Of a stretch of DNA of 46,057 nt, positions 1 to 8,416 are shown piece after piece. Position numbers and translations under genes: made by a program. Under the pieces are notes generated by a model. The model did not search any database. It worked only from the letters and a program-made list of their open reading frames with translations, and was not told the DNA's origin. Every line of letters starts with the position of its first letter. The first letter of the stretch is position 1. Source of the DNA: Fibrobacterales bacterium (GTDB lineage: Bacteria; Fibrobacterota; Fibrobacteria; Fibrobacterales; JAOPTW01); the NCBI GenBank assembly GCA_051532035.1, contig JAOPTW010000042.1, positions 12,418-58,474 of the forward strand, in the 5' to 3' direction.

Positions 1-1012
1 CGCGACTACAATGATGCCCACCAAGGAGCATAAACACGTTTGCATGCTCTTTTGCTAACTGGTTTGCTTTATCGTAATACGGATCGTGATTTATAATGAT
101 AGCCCGTTTATCTGCATGAGTATCAAGAATCGATTTTGCCCACTGCTGTACATCATCACCATACCCATGTCTCAGGTGAATAATAATGAAATTCATTCCT
201 GCTCCAGTGAAAAACTGATAACTATTTTTAATCGTTTCATCAGGGTAACTCCCACCCCACCAAGGATAAATACTATAGCGATCAAGAGTAAAGTAATTAT
301 GCATTTGATCTAAACTCCCATAATCCATGTTCTCAGCCCATGCGCCAGCCCAATCATCGGTATCATGGTTTCCTGGAGCAAGTCCATAGGGCATATCAGC
401 GTCTTCAAATACTTTCATCTCTGTTGATGCAAATGCCCATTCTTCATCATATGCTCCATTTTCAACGATATCGCCAAGATGAGTTACAAATTTTATATTG
501 AGTGCATCTTTTTGTGACACAATCCATGCCATTTGCTGCTTAAAATGATCTCTAGTATGCCTGAAACCTATAAGCATATATTGAGTATCTGGAATAGCCA
601 CGAGAGTAAATGCCTCGTCACTCATAGCTGTATTGTCGGGATTACTTACGACGGCTTCACTGGAAGAGAGTATCTCCTCTGATGAAGAAATTTCGACATT
701 CTCACTGGAACTACTTACCTGCTCCACACTACTCAACACATTTTCAGAACTAGAACGGGTGAGCGTATCCTGGGCTTCACTACTCACTACATCGTTGGAG
801 CTTTCAGGTTCCAACCCTACGCCAGCACCTGAAGACCTCTCTTCTGAACTCATTAAATCTTCTGAAGACAGCTCCTGATCATTACTGCTCGAATCACCAT
901 TCCCCTCTACATTACTTGACTCCGATATTTCTGTCCCTATAGTATCATCATTACCACATCCTGATATTACCAATCCTAGAAATAACAGTATGAAAAATTG
1001 TTTTATATGCAT
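1..1012 (-). CDS. Calcineurin-like metallophosphoesterase lipoprotein (3' end runs off the window; absent from the ORF track)
   Basis: Hand translation from ATG 1012 (AGAGGG upstream): lipobox MHIKQFFILLFLGLVISG-C, Ser/Glu-rich linker, then metallophosphoesterase motifs AIPDTQY, HLGDIVE, PGNHD, INHD, GGHH. Frame stays open to the window edge. Confidence 0.85.
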   Translation of the reverse strand, partial: MHIKQFFILLFLGLVISGCGNDDTIGTEISESSNVEGNGDSSSNDQELSSEDLMSSEERSSGAGVGLEPESSNDVVSSEAQDTLTRSSSENVLSSVEQVSSSSENVEISSSEEILSSSEAVVSNPDNTAMSDEAFTLVAIPDTQYMLIGFRHTRDHFKQQMAWIVSQKDALNIKFVTHLGDIVENGAYDEEWAFASTEMKVFEDADMPYGLAPGNHDTDDWAGAWAENMDYGSLDQMHNYFTLDRYSIYPWWGGSYPDETIKNSYQFFTGAGMNFIIIHLRHGYGDDVQQWAKSILDTHADKRAIIINHDPYYDKANQLAKEHANVFMLLGGHHCSR

Positions 1013-1590
1013 ACAAGCCCTCTTTTAAATGCTACTCACTTTTATCACATTCATATCTAACCCCGCTCTTTTCTGACGGAACCATTCTCTTTGCCAGAAT
1101 CTATGACATATGTATGTGTTACATCTATAATTCTGAAGAATACACCCTTAATAAGGATTTTCCTACGATCGTTTGATTTTGATATTCATGTCCCATTATA
1201 CAATGTAGATTAGAAAAAACGCATATGCTGTTTATTTTTTCAAATTGTCAATTAAACTCTTAGACAACATCGGCTACGTTTTCGTTTATTGAACAATTTG
1301 CGTTTCAGGCTATATTTTCAACCACCAAGGACGGGTCGGTATGTCAAACTCTTCAATGTATTAGCGATTTCCGAGGTAGAAACCCTTATCAAAAAAACAT
1401 ATAATCTTAAAATAGTGGATCGTTGGAATGGGCATGCCTCGGCATGATGTTTATCTGTGAGAAAAGAACATAGTACTGTATTGAGCAAAACAATAAGTAT
1501 GTGAATTATTTACTCACAAAATTAAACCGGTTCTTTAAGCACACCTTTCTATTTAATTTATTGATCAATGATTCTTGATTATTACTACAG

Positions 1591-3210
1591 TTATTTATCC
1601 AACACACAGCGAAGATACGCCGCCCCTTCCATTGATATACTCGCAGAACGTAAATTTCCAGTGCCAGTTTTTTTATATACTTTTGAAAATGATAATGAAT
1701 AAACCCCACTGGTACTTCGTGTTTCAGAAGTAAGCCACATTACTCCATTCTCAAATGATGTATATGACCCTTCATCATAATACCCACCAGGAAGTGCACT
1801 AAACCCATAATAATTTGATAATTTTGTGTATTCATACCATCCAGTTTCATTCATTAATCCAGAAGTTTCAGTATTTAAGTAATACCCAAAGTCAAAACTT
1901 ATCCCATATAAATCATTCTTAATATAATTAACTAATTGAAACCACTCACGATAACTCGGTATGTGCCAGCCTTCCGGACACACCCCTTGTACGGTACTTG
2001 GATTTAAAGTACTCGATAGCTCGCCCTTCATTGCGACCTCCCAAGGATATAGAGTACCATATTCTCGACATTCGAAATCATCGTTATTATAACACAGGGA
2101 GCCATCAACAGGACTAAACAGATTCTGTGCCATCCATATCTGATCACCGATACGAATCCATTTAAATTCATGATATCCTGACGGTTTTACAGTTCCTGAA
2201 TTACCAATAAAACCAGAAGTATCAACTACTATGGCAATAGACTTCGGTTCTCTACCCTCTTTAAATTCAGTGCAAATATTTTCAGTAGCCCATGTGTGTT
2301 GAATACATCGTATTGATGCACCATTAGAATAGAATAGTGCAATTTCATCCAGTTTGTCATAGGGGAAGTCTGTAAGGTGGCCTCTACTTACGATTCCAGA
2401 AATGAGCGGAGTATGTTGTGTGCCAATATCCGTATTACTCCACCATATACCTTCATTTCTATCAACAGTAAAAGGGAGAAGCGATAGTCCAAAGGCATCT
2501 ATGCCATGCGATACATCATCCCGCATGTTTAATCGTTTCGTAGTCCAACCAAAATCCGCCTTTAAATATTTGCCAGCTTCTTCTATTGATTCAGTTAAAT
2601 TATCTACTGTTTGTAAAAGCATACTCCAATCATGCTGAGCCGGTATGTCCCAGCCATCGGGACATATTCCTGCTGACAATGCACTGGAAGCGGAATATCG
2701 GCACATGTTATAGTTTGTATGCCCATAGGTTATCATTTTGCATACTGCATCTGTGGGCTCTTCATAATGGAGATCTTCTGCCATCCACACCTGATCACCA
2801 ATAGCAACACAGGTATATTCAGAATCATCTCTATCATCAATAAAATGCCCCTTTTTCACTATATTGGGATACGTTGTTTCTGGCAAGGGTTCTCTCTCAA
2901 TTGACACACTACTTAATTTTTCTGATGAACTTACCGTATTAGAGCTTTCTGTATTAGTATTATTACTTGAGGATTCTGTGTGGCTACTTGAAAGTTGCTC
3001 GATATCTATAGTTCTAGAATAGGTATCGCTCATTGTAGAACTCAAAACGAGTACATCAGTCACCGAAAGGAATTCTATTTTCATTTCTGAAGAAACACCA
3101 ATTTGTGACTCTGAGCTATCTGTTTCATGCGTAATTTGAGTGTTTGTTGTGTCACAATAGGCTAGCAACAACGCAAAACATACGATATATTTTTGTGGTG
3201 AATAAAACAT
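1591..3210 (-). CDS. Probable lipoprotein with two FISUMP (Fib_succ_major) domains
   Basis: Two copies of IGDQ(V/I)WMA..L / G(I/V)CP.GW.IP / FG(L/F)S.LP / (I/L)RC. Hydrophobic N-terminus ending LLAYC, then Ser/Thr linker. Start 3210 preferred to the ORF-track start at 3225 but uncertain. Confidence 0.85.
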   Translation of the reverse strand: MFYSPQKYIVCFALLLAYCDTTNTQITHETDSSESQIGVSSEMKIEFLSVTDVLVLSSTMSDTYSRTIDIEQLSSSHTESSSNNTNTESSNTVSSSEKLSSVSIEREPLPETTYPNIVKKGHFIDDRDDSEYTCVAIGDQVWMAEDLHYEEPTDAVCKMITYGHTNYNMCRYSASSALSAGICPDGWDIPAQHDWSMLLQTVDNLTESIEEAGKYLKADFGWTTKRLNMRDDVSHGIDAFGLSLLPFTVDRNEGIWWSNTDIGTQHTPLISGIVSRGHLTDFPYDKLDEIALFYSNGASIRCIQHTWATENICTEFKEGREPKSIAIVVDTSGFIGNSGTVKPSGYHEFKWIRIGDQIWMAQNLFSPVDGSLCYNNDDFECREYGTLYPWEVAMKGELSSTLNPSTVQGVCPEGWHIPSYREWFQLVNYIKNDLYGISFDFGYYLNTETSGLMNETGWYEYTKLSNYYGFSALPGGYYDEGSYTSFENGVMWLTSETRSTSGVYSLSFSKVYKKTGTGNLRSASISMEGAAYLRCVLDK

Positions 3211-3443
3211 AGTATTGATCTGCAAATGTAATTATTACTAATATAATAATTTGACCGTCTAATAACGATAGCGGTCCTCAGAAAAAACAGCTTTACACCC
3301 ATGCCACCCCTCATATAGACTCCCCTGCCTATTCCTATGTCCAACGTTTGCAGAGTTGGCAGCGTTTTTACACTTCAGAGTAAAAGAAAAACGTTGACTG
3401 CTATGCTTGTTGAGCCCAGTAATGGATTCAATCTTATTGAAAC

Positions 3444-3457
3444 TTGATCTACATCAA
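3444..3457 (+). promoter_or_regulatory. FNR/CRP-family box TTGATCTACATCAA upstream of the cupin gene
   Basis: Perfect match to TTGAT-N4-ATCAA, with TATTAT/TATTTT at about 3478-3486 as a candidate -10. Confidence 0.7.
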
Positions 3458-3578
3458 CGCCATACAGTAGTGTTTATTATTATTTTGATAGGTAACTACA
3501 TGGAGTAAGTGGTATACAACTCATGATTATTTTGAAAAATAAGTTACCGCATATCACTTTTAAAAGCAGGAGAATACT

Positions 3579-3890
3579 ATGAATTTTTGGACACTTGAGA
3601 CATTAGAAATGACCGGTGGAAAAAAAGGCATTACCATGCAAAAAGTTCCGCATAGCTACTCAATGCAGACAATACAATTAACATTTGAGCCTGGCGCTAT
3701 TATTGCTCCTCATTCAAGCCCTTTGGATGTTCTTTTCTACGTAATAGAAGGCAAAGGAATGGTAACTATTGGCGATGAGAAGCAACTGTGCTCAGCGGGA
3801 ACCTATATCGAAAGTCCAAAGGGTTTAGATCACGGCTGGGAAAACCAGAGTGACAGCGCTTTTAAAGTTTTAGTTATTAAATTATCCTAA
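3579..3890 (+). CDS. Cupin domain protein
   Basis: Cupin motifs FEPGA.IAPHS..., YVIEGKG, P.GLDHGWEN. AGGAG RBS. Confidence 0.9.
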   Translation: MNFWTLETLEMTGGKKGITMQKVPHSYSMQTIQLTFEPGAIIAPHSSPLDVLFYVIEGKGMVTIGDEKQLCSAGTYIESPKGLDHGWENQSDSAFKVLVIKLS

Positions 3891-3925
3891 GCCCCTCAAT
3901 AAGTATATATCGTCTCGTTGGTACA

Positions 3926-4426
3926 TCAATAATACTCCCTAGGTGCCTCGGAATCATCATAGTATTCAATGAGCTGTAAAAAGAAGGAATCACTGAGATG
4001 AAAATCTTTGTGTGTCCCTACCACTCCAACTCTTAACTCTTGATCGAGCACTCCATAAGAATAATCCATATGGAGTGTACGCCACGTATAAGCGTTTTTA
4101 CAATCAGAGTTTTCTTGACAACCATCCTTCACTGTGAAAATAGGCTCTGCTTCAAATGATTCTTTGAATGCGGCATATACCTCTGGGCCAAATACCTCAT
4201 CAGACAACTCTTCATCTTCACCCCAGCCGTCTCTATTGTCATACACTGCAATGACTTCACGTCTAACTTCTTGAGCATCATGATCAAAAGTGAAAACGTG
4301 TACAATATAATCGAGCTCAATAGGGGGTTGTATCGCTATACCCTCTTTGAAGGCAACAGGTGGAGGACTCATATTATTGTATAGATCAATGAGATCTTCC
4401 ATGTCTTCAATTTCTACCCCATCCAA
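3926..4426 (-). CDS. Hypothetical acidic protein, 5' end possibly damaged
   Basis: 166-aa ORF. The frame extends upstream to LLHFGACDDRF (lipobox-like), but the nearby GGAG-ATG at about 4484 is out of frame. Confidence 0.5.
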   Translation of the reverse strand: MDGVEIEDMEDLIDLYNNMSPPPVAFKEGIAIQPPIELDYIVHVFTFDHDAQEVRREVIAVYDNRDGWGEDEELSDEVFGPEVYAAFKESFEAEPIFTVKDGCQENSDCKNAYTWRTLHMDYSYGVLDQELRVGVVGTHKDFHLSDSFFLQLIEYYDDSEAPREYY

Positions 4427-4625
4427 CTGTTTAAATTCAGAATAGTCAAAACGGTCGTCGCAAGCCCCAAAATGGAGAAGTCATACGTTTCTCCAGTTAG
4501 AGGGATACCCATAATATAGTTCGTTTTACGGTAAAATTAGATTGAAGCCTAGTATATCTTTTTTTCTGCTCTCAACTTGTGAGCAGGTGTAGATGTAATT
4601 CTTCCAATATTCAAAAACCATTTTC

Positions 4626-5084
4626 TTAATCGTCTTCTTCAAATTCCCTTAACGTCCGATCAGAGTCTGAACATATATCAGAGCTCTCTCCAACTTTTTT
4701 AAAAGAATATACTGCGATTAATTCACTACCGGAAATCATTTCTAGATTCATTGAATCATCAGTAATATTAATGAGAACCGTTTCGTTATCTTTCATATTA
4801 TTTGGAGTCGTTACTAACTGGTTCTCCGATGTTGAGTAGTTCTGATAATGGTCAAAGTCCCCGCGTGTCGTTTCAGAACAGCGACTATCCCCACCAAACA
4901 TTTTACCATTTTTACAAAATATGAGACAGAGCTCATTAATCTCATTTTCCTTAATATTGCGTCCGGAACCATACCACTCACCAATGAGATCTTTTGAGTC
5001 GATATTGTCGGTTGAGGTGTCATCGGTAATACATGATGTTAAGAGGGTTGCTATAGAAGCGATTAGAGTAATAGTTCTTATCAT
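4626..5084 (-). CDS. Hypothetical lipoprotein (lipocalin-like beta-barrel possible)
   Basis: ATG 5084 preceded by GGAG; lipobox LLTSC; LIGEW motif near the N-terminus. Confidence 0.7.
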   Translation of the reverse strand: MIRTITLIASIATLLTSCITDDTSTDNIDSKDLIGEWYGSGRNIKENEINELCLIFCKNGKMFGGDSRCSETTRGDFDHYQNYSTSENQLVTTPNNMKDNETVLINITDDSMNLEMISGSELIAVYSFKKVGESSDICSDSDRTLREFEEDD

Positions 5085-5211
5085 ACATTTCTCTCCAATG
5101 TTTGTTGTATGCAGGGGAATGATAAAATATAATTTAAAATTTGTCCCATCATACCCGAGCACTTAATCTCTTTGGCCATCTCAGGGATTATTTTTACATG
5201 CACTACCCCAC

Positions 5212-5248
5212 CCCAACAAAAAAGCACCCATCCCGAAAGATGAGTGCT
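5212..5248 (-). terminator. Terminator-like hairpin, related copy at 30317-30350
   Basis: AAAAAAGCACCCATC-ccgaaa-GATGAGTGC. CCCAACAAAAAAGCACCCAT is shared with 30317. Confidence 0.5.
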
Positions 5249-5529
5249 CCTGTATAAGAGAGGCATAAGTTAGACAGACCAATCCTTATAGCCTCACTCA
5301 ACATCTTTAAGGCACCGGAGCGCCCCTACGATACCAATGTCACCTCTGGCTTCATTGATACTCTTTAGACGTATTAAAATGGTAGACTGTGCATTAATAG
5401 TAAAAATATCTGAAAGTAGTATACTCATCATACACTGGCTCCTACTGATTGTATCCAAAACAGTCCCAATCTCCCCCTATTACACCGCTGCACTCACCAA
5501 TACCACCTTGATTCAGTGCATCTGAGTGA

Positions 5530-5699
5530 CAATCTGAAGTTGAGATTAAGGGCTGGGTAGATGGAGCCTTTCAAGACTCCCCAAAAATACATAAAGAGTT
5601 TAACAGTACGTATGGCAGACGACAGTATTTGAAAAAGAAAAACAAGAAGGCGATTGAGACTGAGGAGATGGGCCAAAAGGAAAGGTCGGCATAGGGTTG
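5530..5699. repeat. Intergenic repeat module F with ~100-nt extra segment; contiguous copy at 11189-11251
   Basis: CAATCTGAAGTTGAGATTAAGGGCTGGGTAGATGG is identical in both copies, and AAAGGTCGG.ATAGGGTTG is shared. AGATGG occurs on both sides of the extra segment. Confidence 0.85.
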
Positions 5700-5701
5700 C
5701 T

Positions 5702-5768
5702 GTGCTCTCAAGACGGGAGCACCCTTAAATAATCAGATAGGATATCGATATCTCCATATCTGATTATT
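5702..5768. repeat. Double-hairpin repeat module G; copy at 28280-28341
   Basis: GYGCTCTYAAGAYGRGAGCACCC..AAAT..TCAGATAGGATATCG.TATCTCC.TATCTGA in both places. Confidence 0.8.
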
Positions 5769-7380
5769 AATCCCAGCAATGTGCTGGTTGATCGTTTATG
5801 AACATCCAAAAACGAGTGGTATTAGACAAATCTCCATACGCCACAAAAGCCCACTCTCCTTGCTGATGGCTCACCGCATCAACCCAATCTTGCCCGGTAT
5901 ATGTTTGTGCATTCATCCCTTCAATATATTTTCCCATATGATGCTCGCCCATTTCATATCCGAGCCCAAATTCAGCTTCGCACCAATCATGAGCATCTTG
6001 CACGCTGTTGAGACGATACCCAATGACAGGTGAACTTAATACTACTGTACCTTCCGACCAGCCCCAGACAGAGTATTTGTCAGGCACATCATATGCGGGG
6101 CGCGGAAGCCCTTCACGCTTTATACAAAGAATAGGAAGTTGGTCTATACACTCTGTATCACCAGTATATGCATCACAGCTTTCATCGTCAGGCAACATAT
6201 TACCTGGTCCACCACCACACCCTACCCAGGTGGTCCCTAGGATAGCATCTTTTGAACTTTCTCCCCAAGTCAGCCCCTTTTTCCCATATTTGCATACTTC
6301 CAAATCCCAATCAAAGTACCCATTTAAGGAGTCCACACAGTGCGTTGAATCGGCTAATAAACCAGCACAATCCTCAACCTGAGCAGCAGGACATTTAAGT
6401 TCGATATCAGATGAGAGCACGACATCAGATGAGAGCACGATATCAGATGAGGATGACAAAGGAGGCGTGACTGAAGAGGATAACAAAGAAGCCGTGACTG
6501 AAGAAAGTGACTCATCTTCATCTTCCAAACTCGAGAGTGCCTCTGTCTCAACATCCTGATTCTTCGCTTGAGAAATAGCATCAACTTCATCCTGACACAA
6601 AGCCTCATTCCAGTTGTATAGTAGATTTTGCTCAATACACGCCTTCACGCCATCAATATTTTTCTCATCACACAATCCACTTTGAGGAGGACACCCCAAA
6701 GAATAAAGCTCTACCTTGGATGGAGTAAGAGTATCCGCAAAGAAATCAACCATCTCGAATTGGGCATTCTCTACTATATATTGCTGAGAAGTACTAGAAT
6801 CTGTATAATAATTGAATACAACACTATAGTCCCCTTCTGGTACTAGTATTTGTATAAATGGCAGGCTATCCCCTGTTGTATAGACCAAAGGATTTCCTGT
6901 TAATTCAACTGTAGCACTATCTCCCTCAATAAAATGCATCATTGTGCTGTATGCCGGTTTCAATTGTATTTCCATTGTTTCGGCTTTACCTTTCACATAT
7001 GATTCAATCCAAAATCCCAACGGATCTAAGCCTTGCTTTTCCACTGCAATAAAATATCTACCAGAATCTGTTACAGTAATAGACACCCCTCCAGCACTAT
7101 CTGTATAATCCACAATTGGATCATTAACCAACAAATCATGGACACTATTTATTTTTAAACACCCTACTAAGCTATCGCGCTCTGGAGCTTCATTTAACAA
7201 ATAGACTCTCACTTCGGCTTCTGGAACAACAGAGCCACTTGGGTCTGTTATGGTCGCGGTAATTACATTTTCCGTACCGACGCCTGTAGACACATTCTCT
7301 TGAGACCATGTACATGAAATTGTAAGAGATACAATTACAAGGCATACAACTAAAATCAGTGCTTTAATATACTTTTTCAC
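5767..7380 (-). CDS. Lipoprotein: transthyretin/carboxypeptidase-regulatory-like N-domain, Ser-rich linker, Cys-rich C-terminal domain
   Basis: Lipobox TISC; GTGA overlap with the upstream TIGR02147 gene; SSD(I/V)VL tandem repeats; C-terminal GLTW..CDAYTGDT.C...RFW..INDQPAHCWD domain, which I recall from myxobacterial/xanthomonad proteins. Confidence 0.8.
   Translation of the reverse strand: MKKYIKALILVVCLVIVSLTISCTWSQENVSTGVGTENVITATITDPSGSVVPEAEVRVYLLNEAPERDSLVGCLKINSVHDLLVNDPIVDYTDSAGGVSITVTDSGRYFIAVEKQGLDPLGFWIESYVKGKAETMEIQLKPAYSTMMHFIEGDSATVELTGNPLVYTTGDSLPFIQILVPEGDYSVVFNYYTDSSTSQQYIVENAQFEMVDFFADTLTPSKVELYSLGCPPQSGLCDEKNIDGVKACIEQNLLYNWNEALCQDEVDAISQAKNQDVETEALSSLEDEDESLSSVTASLLSSSVTPPLSSSSDIVLSSDVVLSSDIELKCPAAQVEDCAGLLADSTHCVDSLNGYFDWDLEVCKYGKKGLTWGESSKDAILGTTWVGCGGGPGNMLPDDESCDAYTGDTECIDQLPILCIKREGLPRPAYDVPDKYSVWGWSEGTVVLSSPVIGYRLNSVQDAHDWCEAEFGLGYEMGEHHMGKYIEGMNAQTYTGQDWVDAVSHQQGEWAFVAYGDLSNTTRFWMFINDQPAHCWD
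6403..6450. repeat. 18-nt in-frame tandem repeat (GAYATCAGATGAGAGCAC, about 2.7 copies)
   Basis: Encodes SSDIVL-SSDVVL-SSDIEL on the minus strand. Confidence 0.85.
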
Positions 7381-8222
7381 TCTTCTCCACCTTTCTTTTT
7401 ACACATAGGAAAAAATTGGATATTTAACTGGAATACCCTCTCTCTATCATGATCCTCAGATTCTTCGTGTATGATATTTATAATTTCTTTTTGGATTGAA
7501 TCAATTTTCGCTTTTATTCTTTCGAGTACTTTTGCTGAAGCAGCAACCGTTTGGGTGACAACATGTCGTTCGTCACGAGTAAATAGTCTCAATGCTTCTT
7601 TGGCACGGTCCATCATTATTCCTTGATAATTATGGATGGCTCCGACCCCAACATCCCCTGCACCTATCATTACTACTTCTGAAGGGCGTAAAAAACCATT
7701 GGAATCTTCGAGTACCAAATTAAGTTTTTTCAATAATTTTATGGAATTGCGGACTTCAATACTCTTGAGTGGCGGTTGAATAAAAGAAGCCAACTCTTTT
7801 ACATCATCTTTGAAGTCAATAACACCGAGTGCTTGATGGAGGGCTACATGATGCCATTTACTAAAAAAGCTTAATTGATCTTTGCGTACTTTTTTTGTTT
7901 TAGGTGGCAACAATTGGAGCATTTCATCAAAGATATCATCTCTCACAACCTGATTCAATTCATGAGCATAGGCTACAAGAAGCTCAAAATAGCGTGCTTG
8001 GGTGTCTTTTAGGCCAAGGGCCTTATTGAATTTATAGACATAGGCGCTTGATAAGTTATTCTTGCCTTTGACAATATTATTGTAGAGGCCTGAGGAATTA
8101 TACCCCGCTCGCATGGCGAAAGATCGGTGCGAGAAGTGTTTATCAATAGATTTGCGCTCATTATAATAATCTCGCAAGAAATGCCGATAATTATAATAGT
8201 CAAAAACACTGGGTAGACTCAT
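7377..8222 (-). CDS. TIGR02147 family protein (N-terminal HTH plus DUF4423-like domain)
   Basis: VFDYYNYRHFLRDYY...FSHRSFA..AG, FFSKWHH, C-terminal VFQLNIQFFP; typical ~280-aa length. Confidence 0.88.
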   Translation of the reverse strand: MSLPSVFDYYNYRHFLRDYYNERKSIDKHFSHRSFAMRAGYNSSGLYNNIVKGKNNLSSAYVYKFNKALGLKDTQARYFELLVAYAHELNQVVRDDIFDEMLQLLPPKTKKVRKDQLSFFSKWHHVALHQALGVIDFKDDVKELASFIQPPLKSIEVRNSIKLLKKLNLVLEDSNGFLRPSEVVMIGAGDVGVGAIHNYQGIMMDRAKEALRLFTRDERHVVTQTVAASAKVLERIKAKIDSIQKEIINIIHEESEDHDRERVFQLNIQFFPMCKKKGGEE

Positions 8223-8358
8223 TTATGAAATCCCTACGGTATTAGAACATAATAGACTATGCATATTGCTTCTATTCAATAGTCTCAAATGTATAAATCA
8301 GATCTAATACGTCAGTATTCGTTTTAATGAATGTACTAATATTTAAAATTAATCATAA

Positions 8359-8385
8359 AGGCTACCCCAAAATGTGAGGTAGCCT
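8359..8385 (-). terminator. Hairpin downstream of the 865-aa gene
   Basis: AGGCTACC...GGTAGCCT inverted repeat about 30 nt after the stop codon. Confidence 0.55.
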
Positions 8386-8416
8386 ATAGAAAGTGAGTCA
8401 ATTGTAGAGGTGGTTT

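Larger units (their letters stand above)
3411..3890 (+). repeat. Direct repeat copy 1 (promoter plus cupin ORF); copy 2 at 20660-21139
   Basis: Near-identical sequence at a constant offset of 17249 nt. Similarity ends at the stop codon. Confidence 0.95.

Noticed and set aside
86..878. Plus-strand ORFs 86-313 and 633-878
   Set aside because: Antisense shadows of the metallophosphoesterase gene.
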